Below, piece by piece: positions 48,932-59,247 of a stretch of 64,000 nucleotides of DNA. The first letter of the stretch is position 1; each line of letters begins with the position of its first letter. The translations under genes and the position numbers were made by a program. Under the pieces are notes generated by a model, which did no database searches, was not told where the DNA came from, and worked only from the letters and a program-made list of their open reading frames with translations. This DNA is from Zygnema circumcarinatum SAG 698-1b (taxonomy: Eukaryota; Plantae; Zygnematophyceae): assembly GCA_037447605.1 (NCBI GenBank), contig CM074811.1, positions 3,100,001 to 3,164,000 on the forward strand, written 5' to 3'.

Positions 48932-49840
48932 CAGGGCTCTTCAAATAGGGGATTTCGGCTTAAGATAGGGGACTGTCCCCTAACTTGGTTTTGTAAAAAC
49001 ACGTAAATATGGACTGTACGGACGAAACCGTGCACGTACGGACGTTCATCATTTCCCAACACTGCTACTGTCGAGTCTGATTTTTCAGTAATTGTTTGGG
49101 AGAAAGACGAGTTTCGAAAGTGGTTGACAGACTTTTAATTGGAAGGCATTCTTCACTGCAAACAGTTTGATAGTTTGACCGCTCTTCGAGGGTCTCTTTG
49201 AGTAGTTTGCATCACTTCTATAGCTGTCTTGTTCAGCCTAAAACTCCTAAGGGAGTGAGACCATTTTTCATTTCATTTCTAATTTTAGTTCCTATTTTAG
49301 TTTTTCTTTTGTGACTACACCTAGAATTTCAAAGGTTATGATTTGGAATCGAGTTTTTGTGAGGAAATTTCAAGACTATGATGGATTCTAAAGTGATACT
49401 TGGAGTAATTAATGATGGATGGAAAAGGAAATAGAGAGCTTAGGATTGGATCTACAAAGTTTCCGTGCAATTGGGTTTTTGAATAAGCAACTATATGTTG
49501 TGATTGCCAAATGCACAGTTGTTCTAATTGATTGGTAAAATTTACCAATCTATAAGAGTCGAAGAGGTTGCACCAGTTTCTAAAGCCGTGTTGTTATACC
49601 AACAAGTAAAGTTNNNNNNNNNNTAAAGCCGTGTTGTTATACCAACAAGTAAAGTTCATATACATCATTGCTATCGTGGTTGCAAATGCAATTCATTTCC
49701 TTTTTGTTTTTAACCAAAAAAATGCTTTTTTGGGGCTTGTGTGTGGTATTTAAGTTGAAATCACCTAAACTAATCTCAAAATCTTACATAAATAAGTTAT
49801 TTACGATATTTAGGGGATCTCCCCTATTTGAAGAGCCCTG
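48932..49840 (+). mobile_element. Non-autonomous hAT-superfamily DNA transposon (contains an N gap)
   Basis: TIRs CAGGGCTCTTCAAATAGGGGA / TCCCCTATTTGAAGAGCCCTG with a perfect 8-bp TSD, CCTAAAAC, on both sides (48924-48931, 49841-49848). Confidence 0.93.
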
Positions 49841-50047
49841 CCTAAAACCTTAGAAACCCTAAAAACCGTACTAGCCATACTTGCCGTACTTGCTGTACTT
49901 GCCGTTACGGGCTTCAGCAAAATTCACCGAATTTTCCTGCACGTGCCGCCGCAAGAGGCGCTCGCTTGTCTTTCCTCCTCCTTGGCTCCAATACGACACG
50001 ATACTGAACGACACGGTACGATATGGTACGGTACGATACGTACGGTT

Positions 50048-52437
50048 TGTTAGTGTAAAGTAGTTAGCGACTTGTTGTACACTAAGTTGTTGGTACTAAG
50101 TTCTAAGGAGGGGCGTGCTCATTATGTCTACATTGTATGGCGAACCGTCTAAGTGACCGTACAAGTCTTTAAGGGGTGTGCATGTAGCGCGCGAAGTCTG
50201 ATTTGGCAAGGCATGGCATCAAAATGTCGGTGCAGCAAATCAGTCTTGTTCAGCGCAAAGAGACCGCGCGCGCAGAGAGTCTCTCCTACAGAGAGACCTG
50301 AGCTCAACTCAGGTCTTGCAAGGCGTTGCATGTGCGGCCGTGACGTGACAATGTCACTAATGGCGCCATATTGTATTTAAGGGTTAGATTGTTTGGTAGA
50401 AGTTAACCTTCTCGTGACTCACATTGGGAGTGAGGCTATCTTGCTTAGGGCCAAGGAGATAGTGGGAAGAGTTCAGCTTGTAGTGGGTGGTTTATTCACG
50501 TAGCTTGAGAAAGGTGCTTGAAGCTTGGCTCCAGTGTTGTCAAGTTGTATTTCATCTTTATCTTAAGGAGTTTTAGGCTGGTGGCTTTCTCCTTACATTT
50601 TCATATTTCCGCTGAGTTGTTCTCTTGCATTTAGTGTGCTTTGTGTGATTGAGCAATTCATTGAAGATGTCGAGTTCTACCCAAGGTAGAGGAGAAGTGG
50701 CAGCCCCACCAAGGGAGGGCGCTGCAACAACAAGTGGTATCAGAGCCGAAGGCAAAGAAGACGTGAAGTTTACCATTCCAACTTTCGATGGGAAGAACTA
50801 CAANNNNNNNNNNATACAGGAACGGCAAGGGACCAAACGCAGCCAAAGATGGTGGAGAGCTGAAGACTCAGAGGACTTGCTACTCTTGTGGGAAGACCGG
50901 TCACTTCAAGAGGAACTGCCCCAACGTTCAGAGTGGCGGTTCATCCTCAAATGCAGATGCTCCAAAAGAGCAAGAAGGGAGGAGGGGTGATGGCAGGTAT
51001 CCCAGAGATGAACGCAAGAGGATTCATGAGACGAACTTGATGTTCTCAGATTGGGGACCTAATGATGAGTTTGTCGGATGTCTTAGAGTTAAAAATTCAG
51101 CTAAACCTTGGGTGATTGATTCCGGTGCTTCAAGGCACAGCTTCAGCTGTGTGAGAAGGACTATGGAGTATGGTTTGAGAAGGGTAGTTGTGAGGTCATT
51201 CACAAGGAGACAGGGCAACTCTTGTGCAAGGGAATCCAGCAAGGTGGGCTTTACTTTCTAGAGTGGAAGGAGGCTCAAGGGCTGAGCTATCCCGCCAAGG
51301 ACCCTGTGGAGGAACCCATTCACCATAAGATAGATCCAGACCAGCTTGGAGGAGGAAAGGGGATGCTAGAGCAAGCATTGAGGCTCAGGGGAGCAGAGGA
51401 TTATTTCGCCAACGACATTTCAGATAGCCAGGCTAAGGGGGTTGAAAGACCCATCACCGAAAGGGTGGACATTAGTGGTGGTGAGAATGTGTGCGAATTC
51501 CAGGATCACTCAGAGTTAGTGAGCTCCAAGGAGGCCGGAAACACGGGCTTGTTGCATCCAAACAAGGATGGAGTNNNNNNNNNNTCAACCCAGGGTAGTT
51601 GAGCAGCCTGAGCATAAGGTTGCGGCTACAAAGGAATACCCGGTTGCTGGACCTATGAGGAGTTCAGCGGAAGCGCCTAGGATCGAATGTGGAAGGCGAC
51701 CAAGTGAGGATCAAGAGGGGGATGATGATCTCTCGGGCCTTTGGATCAAGAGGGGGCAGCTTGTTCAGACAAGGGAGCATACATTTAGTTGTGGGACACT
51801 AGGGAATTGTAGTGGTCTCATGGAACTAGGGCCCATGGGGAACTAAGTACCAAGAGGGGGATTGTTAGTGTAAAGTAGTTAGCGACTTGTTGTACACTAA
51901 GTTGTTGGTACTAAGTTCTAAGGAGGGGCGTGCTCATTATGTCTACATTGTACGGCGAACCGTCTAAGTGACCGTACAAGTCTTTAAGGGGTGTGCATGT
52001 AGCCCGCGAAGTCTGATTTGGCAAGGCATGGCATCAGAATGTCGGTGCAGCAAATAAGTGGTACGATTTGTAAGGCCAGGATCTCAAATGTACGGACATT
52101 GGTCGGTGGCGCGGCGCGGCGTGGCGGAGNNNNNNNNNNGCTATCTTGCTTAGGGCCAAGAAGATAGTGGGAAGTGTTCAGCGTGTAGTGGGTGGTTTAT
52201 TCACGTAGCTTGAGAGAGGTGCTTGAAGCTTGGCTCCAGTGTTGTCAAGTTGTATTTCATCTTTATCTTAAGGAGTTTTAGGCTGGTGGCTTTCTCCTTA
52301 CATTTTCATATTTCCGCTGAGTTGTTCTCTTGCATTTAGTGTGCTTTGTGTGATTGAGCAATTCATTGAAGATGTCGAGTTCTACCCAAGGTAGAGGAGA
52401 AGTGGCAGCCCCACCAAGGGAGGGCGCTGCAACAACA
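50048..52437 (+). mobile_element. Short, decayed Ty1/copia LTR element (5' LTR 50048-50732, PBS 50735-50746, gag/protease remnants, PPT, 3' LTR 51863-52437); three N gaps
   Basis: TG...CA LTRs; TGGTATCAGAGC PBS; IPTFDGKNY (gag start); CYSCGKTGHFKRNC (CCHC knuckle); WVIDSGASRH (protease); AAGAGGGGGA PPT; flanks CGGTT / CGGTC (5-bp TSD, one mismatch). Confidence 0.92.
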
Positions 52438-53199
52438 CGGTCCAACATGAACTCTAACATGAACTCTAACAATACCGCCCGTCTATTGGTAACACGAACC
52501 ATCTATTTGCAAAAATCAATATTTTCGCCTCATATTTGCCAAACCATGGCGAAAATATGAGGACTGTTGACTGTACTGAAGATTGTCTATTCCGTACAGA
52601 GCACTAGCGAGCCCACTTCGGAAAAGAAAAATGGCATTGATCCCACGATGGCGATGATGCCCGCTCCTAGCTTTTTTCTTTTGTGCTTAGGTCCGGTTCC
52701 TTCTCGTGGTTCCCCATGCTGACTTTGTGCATGTACACGTTATGGCATCATTGCCATCGTGAGATCAATGCCACTTCCTTTTACATCGAATGTACATGGA
52801 TAAGGACGACATGGGGAACCACGATGACTTTGACACTCTTCGGAAAAGACATGGCATTGATCTCCGATTGGCACTCTTCGATGAGAAGATGCGGCATCGC
52901 CACTCTTCCCTTTCTCAAGGAACAAAGAAAAGAAACCTTGGTCTTGATTTCACGAGGGTGGCGCCATCAAATGTACGGACAACGCCAGGATGGGGAACCA
53001 CGAGGAGCGGACCAACCGCTCGCAGGACCTAGGACGGCCCCCCCCTTAGGAGGAAGGCTTGGGTTTGGGGGAAATATCTGTTCTTTCTACTGTACCCCCT
53101 TCCCCCCCTGGATGAATCCCTGCCGTAGATCCTGAACCAACCGAATGAATCCCTGCCGTTGAGGCGGCGGCGAAGGGTGGAGCATTGGTTGGTCTGGTT

Positions 53200-53625
53200 G
53201 GATCAACCATTGTAAGTTGTTGCCAACCATTGGTTCGCGGCCTAACGAAGTGTTGAATCCAATGGTTCGCAACCATTGCACAGGTCGGACTTTTGGAGCG
53301 GCAACCATTGGCAATGGTAGTTTCGATCGGAGGTCAATGGCTCGCAATCATTGCAATGGGCGGCAACCATTGGACGCAACTAATGGTGAATCCAATGGTT
53401 GGAACCATTTCTCCACCGAAGGAGACTCGAACACACGTTTTTCCATACAGTATATGGAAGGACGTACTCTAACCAGTTGCAGTTTATTCGCAGCCATTGT
53501 CTTCAGACCAAAACAATTATTGCCAATGGCCGCCACCATTGGACGCCAATGGTTGCCAATCATTGGACGTCCAACCATTGCCATCCAATGGTTGGCTAGC
53601 CAATAGGTGGCGATCCCATGGTCCG
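53200..53625. repeat. Dense cluster of CAACCATTGG / CCAATGGTTG-type motifs in both orientations
   Basis: Roughly 20 full or partial CCATTG/CAATGG cores in about 420 bp, with irregular spacing. Confidence 0.8.
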
Positions 53626-53915
53626 ACTTGTCCACGACTGGTACGTACGCTGGTCGATTGTACGGTCTTGTGACGTGACAGCGACATCTTCAACTCAGAC
53701 TCACAATAGTCAGTGGACGGAGAAAAAAGTCAAAAGTCGTGTCGGTAAACTTCCGCCGCTCCCTCCTCGCGCTGTGCCTCACATCTGTGACCTTCGCGGC
53801 TGCTTTTAGGGGCTGCGTTGTGCGCCTAGGCGTAGTTTTCCGCTCTTAGCTTTTATCTTTTGAGCCTGAGTCCTTTGCGGCCAGTCCCTCGTGGTTCCAC
53901 AGGCTGCTTTTGTTC

Positions 53916-53950
53916 ATGTACATTTGATGGCCTCGCCATCAAATGTACAT
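53916..53950. other. Perfect 16-bp hairpin ATGTACATTTGATGGC-CTC-GCCATCAAATGTACAT
   Basis: Read directly; the arm GCCATCAAATGTAC also occurs at ~52963. Confidence 0.85.
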
Positions 53951-54603
53951 CAAGAGTTCAATGTCGGCTACAAAAGTCGGCACGGAAGAAATGGATCCTC
54001 CTAATACAATGTTAAGAACGAGTACTTTTAAGAAATGATGATTTCGGATCAAAAGAGTACCGATACCGATAATTACAATCTCAAGTACTTACGGACGAAA
54101 CCACTTCCGTCGATTTCCGCAATTCTGAGCGGGCCCGTATTCCGAAGCAGGAACCTACGGTACCGGTTCCGGTACGCTAGGTCGGTGCCGTACTACCATA
54201 GTTGTCATCCACCGTACGGTAGTTCCGTAATCTCCGTACAGCAAACTGTTGTATAGCACATGTGAGTAGTAAATTAGACGGTCGCACTGTTAAACTTTGA
54301 CAGGGACACGAAATAGGACAAGATCACGGCACTGATGCCTCATGGAACTAACCTCCCGGCCCTCGCCCTCCCAACTCCGTCCCCTCCCCTGCCGGAAAGG
54401 ACAGGCCCCCGGGCCCCGTCCTTCCCCCCGGGCCCTCTCCCTCTTCCTTCCCCTCTCCCTACCTTCCGCCCCCCCCTTCCCTACCTCACTTCCCCCCGCC
54501 CTCCCGCCCTCTCCCCACCCCTCTCTCCCTCTCCCTCTCCCCCTCCCCACCCCACTCTCCCTCTCCCCCCGCTCTCTCCCGGCCTCTCCCTCCCTCCCCC
54601 ACC

Positions 54604-56030
54604 ATGTGGGCCCCAGGGCGCCACGTGGGCGCTCCGCTGCTGACTGTGCGCGAGCTGCTTGAGGACTTGGCGGCGGAGGAGGAGGCCGTTCGGAAGGACA
54701 TGTACGGACATGATGGGCGTACGGAAGGCGTACGGGAAGGGCTGCCCCCTACAGGAGAGGCTTCTCTGAGGTCTGGTGCGCCGCTCCTCTCTCTCTTCCT
54801 CTCTCTCTCTCTGTTTCTCTCTCACTCCCTCCCCACTCTTTCTGTCTCTCCCTCTCCTCTTTCTGTCTCGCTCTCTCATCTCTCTCTCTCTCTCTGTTTC
54901 TCTCTCACTCTCTCCCCACTCTTTCTGTCTCTCCCTCTCCTCTTTCTGTCTCGCTCCCTCCTCTCTCTCTATCACTCTCTCGCTCTCTCTCCCTCCAAGC
55001 GCGCGCGTGTGTGACTTGCTGCCAAGTGTATCACGTCGAAGACCCTCATTTTGGGGCGATATAGAAAAGGGATGTATGTATATATATGCATATGAAGAAG
55101 CTGAAGGGGAGTTTTGGTTTCGCCTCTTGTTTCTCTTCCCGCGGAATGGGGTATTTTCTGTACATGATCGCTTTTCGAGAATAATTCAAATGGGTGTGCG
55201 ATCACTATGGATGAATGAATCATGGCAGCTGATATTGTTCTATTTGGGGCTTCAAAAACACAGGTGCAGGTAGAGGAGAAGGAGGTGCCCTTGTTGACGG
55301 CCGCCAAAACCTTCAAACGCACTTTGAGGTCAGTTCATGGTTTTGCCCTTCTCCTCTGAACGTGGCACCCGCGTTTCAGGGTTTCTGAGGGAGTTCAGGG
55401 CCCTGAACACCAAACTCTAACTCTGAACCTTGAACCCTAACCCTAACCCTAAACATTGAAACCTGCCCCGTGGCGCAACGCAGAGGACCTTCACCCAACT
55501 GAATGTGGCACTCGCACACAGCGGGCACTCCTGGCCGGCCCTCACACAGCAGGTGCTCCCTCCCTCCCTCCCTCCCTCCCTCCCTCCCCCCCTCCCTCCC
55601 TCCCTCCCGAGGACTTGCAAGAAGGATTCAAGTTCCATGAACTCAGTTACAGTCCCAGTTTCTGATCTCATTCCCCTTTCCCAGCCTCATTCCAGTTCCC
55701 ATTTCCGCCCTCGTTCCATGTCACAGTTCCCGAATTCCTCTTCCAGTTTCAGGTCCCTTTCAACTTGCGTTCCAAGTCTAGTGTCAGTTTTTTGTTACAG
55801 TTACAGTTTCAATTCAGTCACATGGAAAGGGGTGGGGAAACTGTATTGCCTGCAGCTATGTAGGGCCCTATCCAAAACTGAGCTTCTGGTAACTGAAGCA
55901 AAGAGCCGGTTTTCCGTTCTGACGGAGCAAATAAACGGTGTTCTGCGAATGATGCAACGGAACCTCTCTAATGTGAGGAGGCTCCATGCGGCCACCAGGG
56001 AGAAGGAAGCTTCCTTCGGAGGCCCGAGGT
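54604..56030 (+). CDS. Unidentified multi-exon protein (helical); ends uncertain
   Basis: Putative GT-AG exons read LLTVRELLEDLAAEEEAVRK...; VEEKEVPLLTAAKTFKRTLR; TFTQLNVALAHSGHSWPALTQQ; LCRALSKTELLVTEAKSRFSVLTEQINGVLR. They are separated by CT-tract introns typical of this window. No family recognised. Confidence 0.5.
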
Positions 56031-56427
56031 TTGAGGTTTAAGATTTCAAGTTTAGGGTTTGGTAGGGATTCATGCACGGGGTAGAATAAGCTTACAAACT
56101 GTACAGGTTCATTGGTCACTGAATTGGTCAGTTGGGAGTAGTTAAGGGAGGGAGTGAAAAAAGACTTTTAGCTTTATTCAACGGGTTTAGGTACAGGAGG
56201 ACAAGTGGACCCTAAATCCGCAGAATGACTTTATTGAGGGAGGGAGAGAAAGAGAGGCGTGATAATTCCTAAGATCTTGTAACCTTGTAACTTTAAAAGG
56301 AGAGACAATGCACCTGCCCAATTTCTGAACTAAGTAATTTGTTGAAGACATCGAGTCTACCCTAAGAAAGGGAAAAAATGACCCCAAAATTAGCTGAAGT
56401 TGACTGTACAACGGAAACGGAACAAGG

Positions 56428-58414
56428 TCATGTATGTAACTCGCATGTGGCCTGAAACGCCCTTCGAATTTTTTGAACAAATTGGGAAAAGTTGTTGTTT
56501 GCATTGACTTCGGCCACAAATTCTTCGAGTTGGAGAAGCGGTGGACAGCATTCATTGACTGCAGACATAACACAGTACATAAAATAAAGGGGAAAAGAGA
56601 AAAACGAGACAGACGAAAAAACGAAGGTCAGAACATGAGTTCAGGTAAATAATTTCAGATATGATGGGGGCGGAGGCTATAATATAGGCGCTTTTGGCAC
56701 AAAAAATGGAATTTGGGATTATGGGAGAAATCCGCACATACTTGCTGACGGATGGGGAGAGTGAAGGGGGAGGGGGAGAGGGAGGGAGAGAGGGGGAGGG
56801 AGACGGGGGAAGGGAGGGAGGTAGGGGGGGCGGGGGGGAGTGGGGAGGGAGGCGGTAGGGGGAAGGGGAAGGAGGAGAGAGAGAAGTGGAGGGAAGGCGG
56901 GAGAGAGAGGGGGCGGAGAGAGAGTGAGAAGGCATTCGAATTAACCAAGCAGTGCTCGCGTTCTAAAAATTTACCTGTATACGTCCTGGTGACATGCAAA
57001 ACAAGAAAAAATTCTCTCGTTGGATCCCGCGAGTCGATGTTATTGAACACCATTTTGATGTGGTCCTCTGTATGGCCGGGCAACAAAGGAAAAGGAAAGG
57101 GGAAACCACCAATGGAAGCCTTCAATTATCAAACTCTCGGGGTTTAAGGGCGTTAGGGTTCTGGTTCAAGGTAGAGCTGGTTAGCCAAGAGTAAGCGTCC
57201 AATCATAAGCCTGCAAAAACTTATTTCTTGCGCTATACTTACTTATTTCGTGCTCGAATTTGAGTCCAAAATATTTCCTGTACTTCTCTCTCACTGCTGA
57301 AAGAGCATCGGCCTTTCGCTGCTTCACCGCCTCCTCCTCCTCCAGTTCTGCGCAAACCCTAATTTCCAAAACTCCTCAAATCCTATGTATCAAGGAACCC
57401 TGAAACCAGCCAAATTCCTCAGGAAACAATGCTTATCTATGTTTATGTTATATGTTACGTTTTCTAAGCACTCAAATTGTTTCATGAAATGCAAGGAGCA
57501 CAATGAGTTGTTCTTTGAAAGAAGGTCCAGGGAAGAGAAAAAAAAATGGGGACCTGAATGGGAAAATACAATGTGAGAAAGTAGTTACTGACCCGTGCTA
57601 TCTTTCTCGTTTTTTGCTGTCAATGAATCCAAGTTTTGCCGCAATTCGCGGAGTTTAGAAGGCCATTTTTCCTCTTCTGCTTGGAGCTGAGATATCTCCC
57701 TCTCAGCAGCGTCAAGCTCTGCTCGCTGCTTTTCCAACACTGAATTTATAAGAGGAAACAGAATAGCATTTTTTTTCAATTGCAGGAACAACTCTGAGAA
57801 TGAAGAAAAAAACCTTGAAATTCAGAAATTCAAAAGCACTACAACTTGAGCAAGTTCTAACAGTGGAAAACGCTGCCCCTCCAGCCCTTCCCATGGAAGA
57901 ATGCATGGCTGTTATGAGTCCATGGTTTCACTCTTCTTTCCACAATCAGGCATGAACTGGAAGAAGACATCCTGAACCCAAAAAAAGTCCTGAACCCTAA
58001 AACAAGACTTACGCAGCTGAAGCTCCTCAACTCTGGTCAGCTCTGTCCGGAGCTCCTTCAGCTTCTCTGCAGCATGTGATGGAGCCACATATCAGGAGCC
58101 ATTCTTACCCATGCCGAAATCCATCAAGCAAGCCATCCCATACCACCCCACACCATGCGTTCCATGATATCCCTCCCATGCCATGCCTTTCCCTGCCATG
58201 CCATAGCTCCAATGCCATGCCATGCCATGCATGCCACATCCCGCCCAGTGCTGCAACAGGGCGCGGCCGCACCTCCCCCCTCCCTCGCTGCGTCGCCGCT
58301 CCTCTCCACCGCCTCGTCCAGCGCATCGCCATGCGCCTTCTGCCACGCGTCAAAGCCCCTCCTCGCCTCTGCCAGCTGCTTTTGCAGCTGCTCTGCACTC
58401 ACAATAGCGGCCAT
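56428..58414 (-). CDS. SPC25: Kinetochore NDC80-complex subunit Spc25
   Basis: Coiled-coil N-terminal exons, then KYRKYFGLKFE | EDHIKMVFNNIDSRDPTREFFLVLHV | VNECCPPLLQLEEFVAEVNANNNFSQFVQKIRRAF, the Spc25 RWD signature (LGL.ie / FvF.nId..dp.reF / P.L..L..lN.t.df..Fl...R..F). Confidence 0.88.
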
Positions 58415-59247
58415 GGCTTCCGCAAACCAGCCCTAGGAACCCTATCCCTCTCCCTCTCCCTCTCCCTTCCCCCCTCCCTCTCCTTCTCACTCTCCCTCTC
58501 CCTCTCTCTTCCCCACTCTCGCTCCCTCCCACTATCGCTCCCTCTCCCTCGCCCTCTCCCTGGAGCGTCTCCCGCTTGGGCTCAAGGATCCACAAAGATC
58601 AAGCGCTTTTCAAACAGTTCCAATTCTACCTAGAACTTGATCTTCAATCCGACGAGAAACGTCTTGAATCTGTTGATCCGACGACGATCCGCGGTCGCTC
58701 ACACATTCTGAACACGTTGATCGGATCAATGGAGTCGGATTTCGGCCAATCAGCAACGTTCATGGAAACGTTGCTCCAGGGAGTCAACTCAAATATGGAT
58801 CCTGCACTGTAGCTTACCGTACTCCAAAATTTGAAATCGCTTGGAGGGCTTCAAAAGTTCCAGCTTCCAACGGCTCTCTTTCGTTCTCTCTCCCTCTCTC
58901 CCTCCCTCCCTCCCTACCTCTCCCCTCTCACAAGCTCTCCCTCGTCAGATTCCACTCCCTCTCTTCCTGTTTGTTCTTACTTTCCAACCGTATTTCTCTT
59001 CCCCCTCTCGTCTCTCTGCTCCTTTCACCATCCTTCTCCTGACGTCTCCTTCTCCCACTCCCACACTCTCTCCCTTTCTCTCCCTCATCCTCGATCCCTT
59101 ATCATTTGCGTCACCCTATTCACCTCTTGCATCATCATTTCTTATTATCTACCTGTACGAAGCTTCCAAATCCGGTCCATTTAGTCATACAAAGCAAAGC
59201 AGCCGTTCGCCCTTGATATTTTTCTCCTTCTCTCTCACAATGCCCAG

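Noticed and set aside
49330-49600. hAT transposase remnant inside the 48932-49840 element
   Set aside because: Only a faint NDGW-like hint with stops around it; not enough to call coding sequence.
53046-53635. Overlapping ORFs across the CCATTGG cluster
   Set aside because: They are by-products of the repeated motif (many ATG/TGG codons), with no domain signature.
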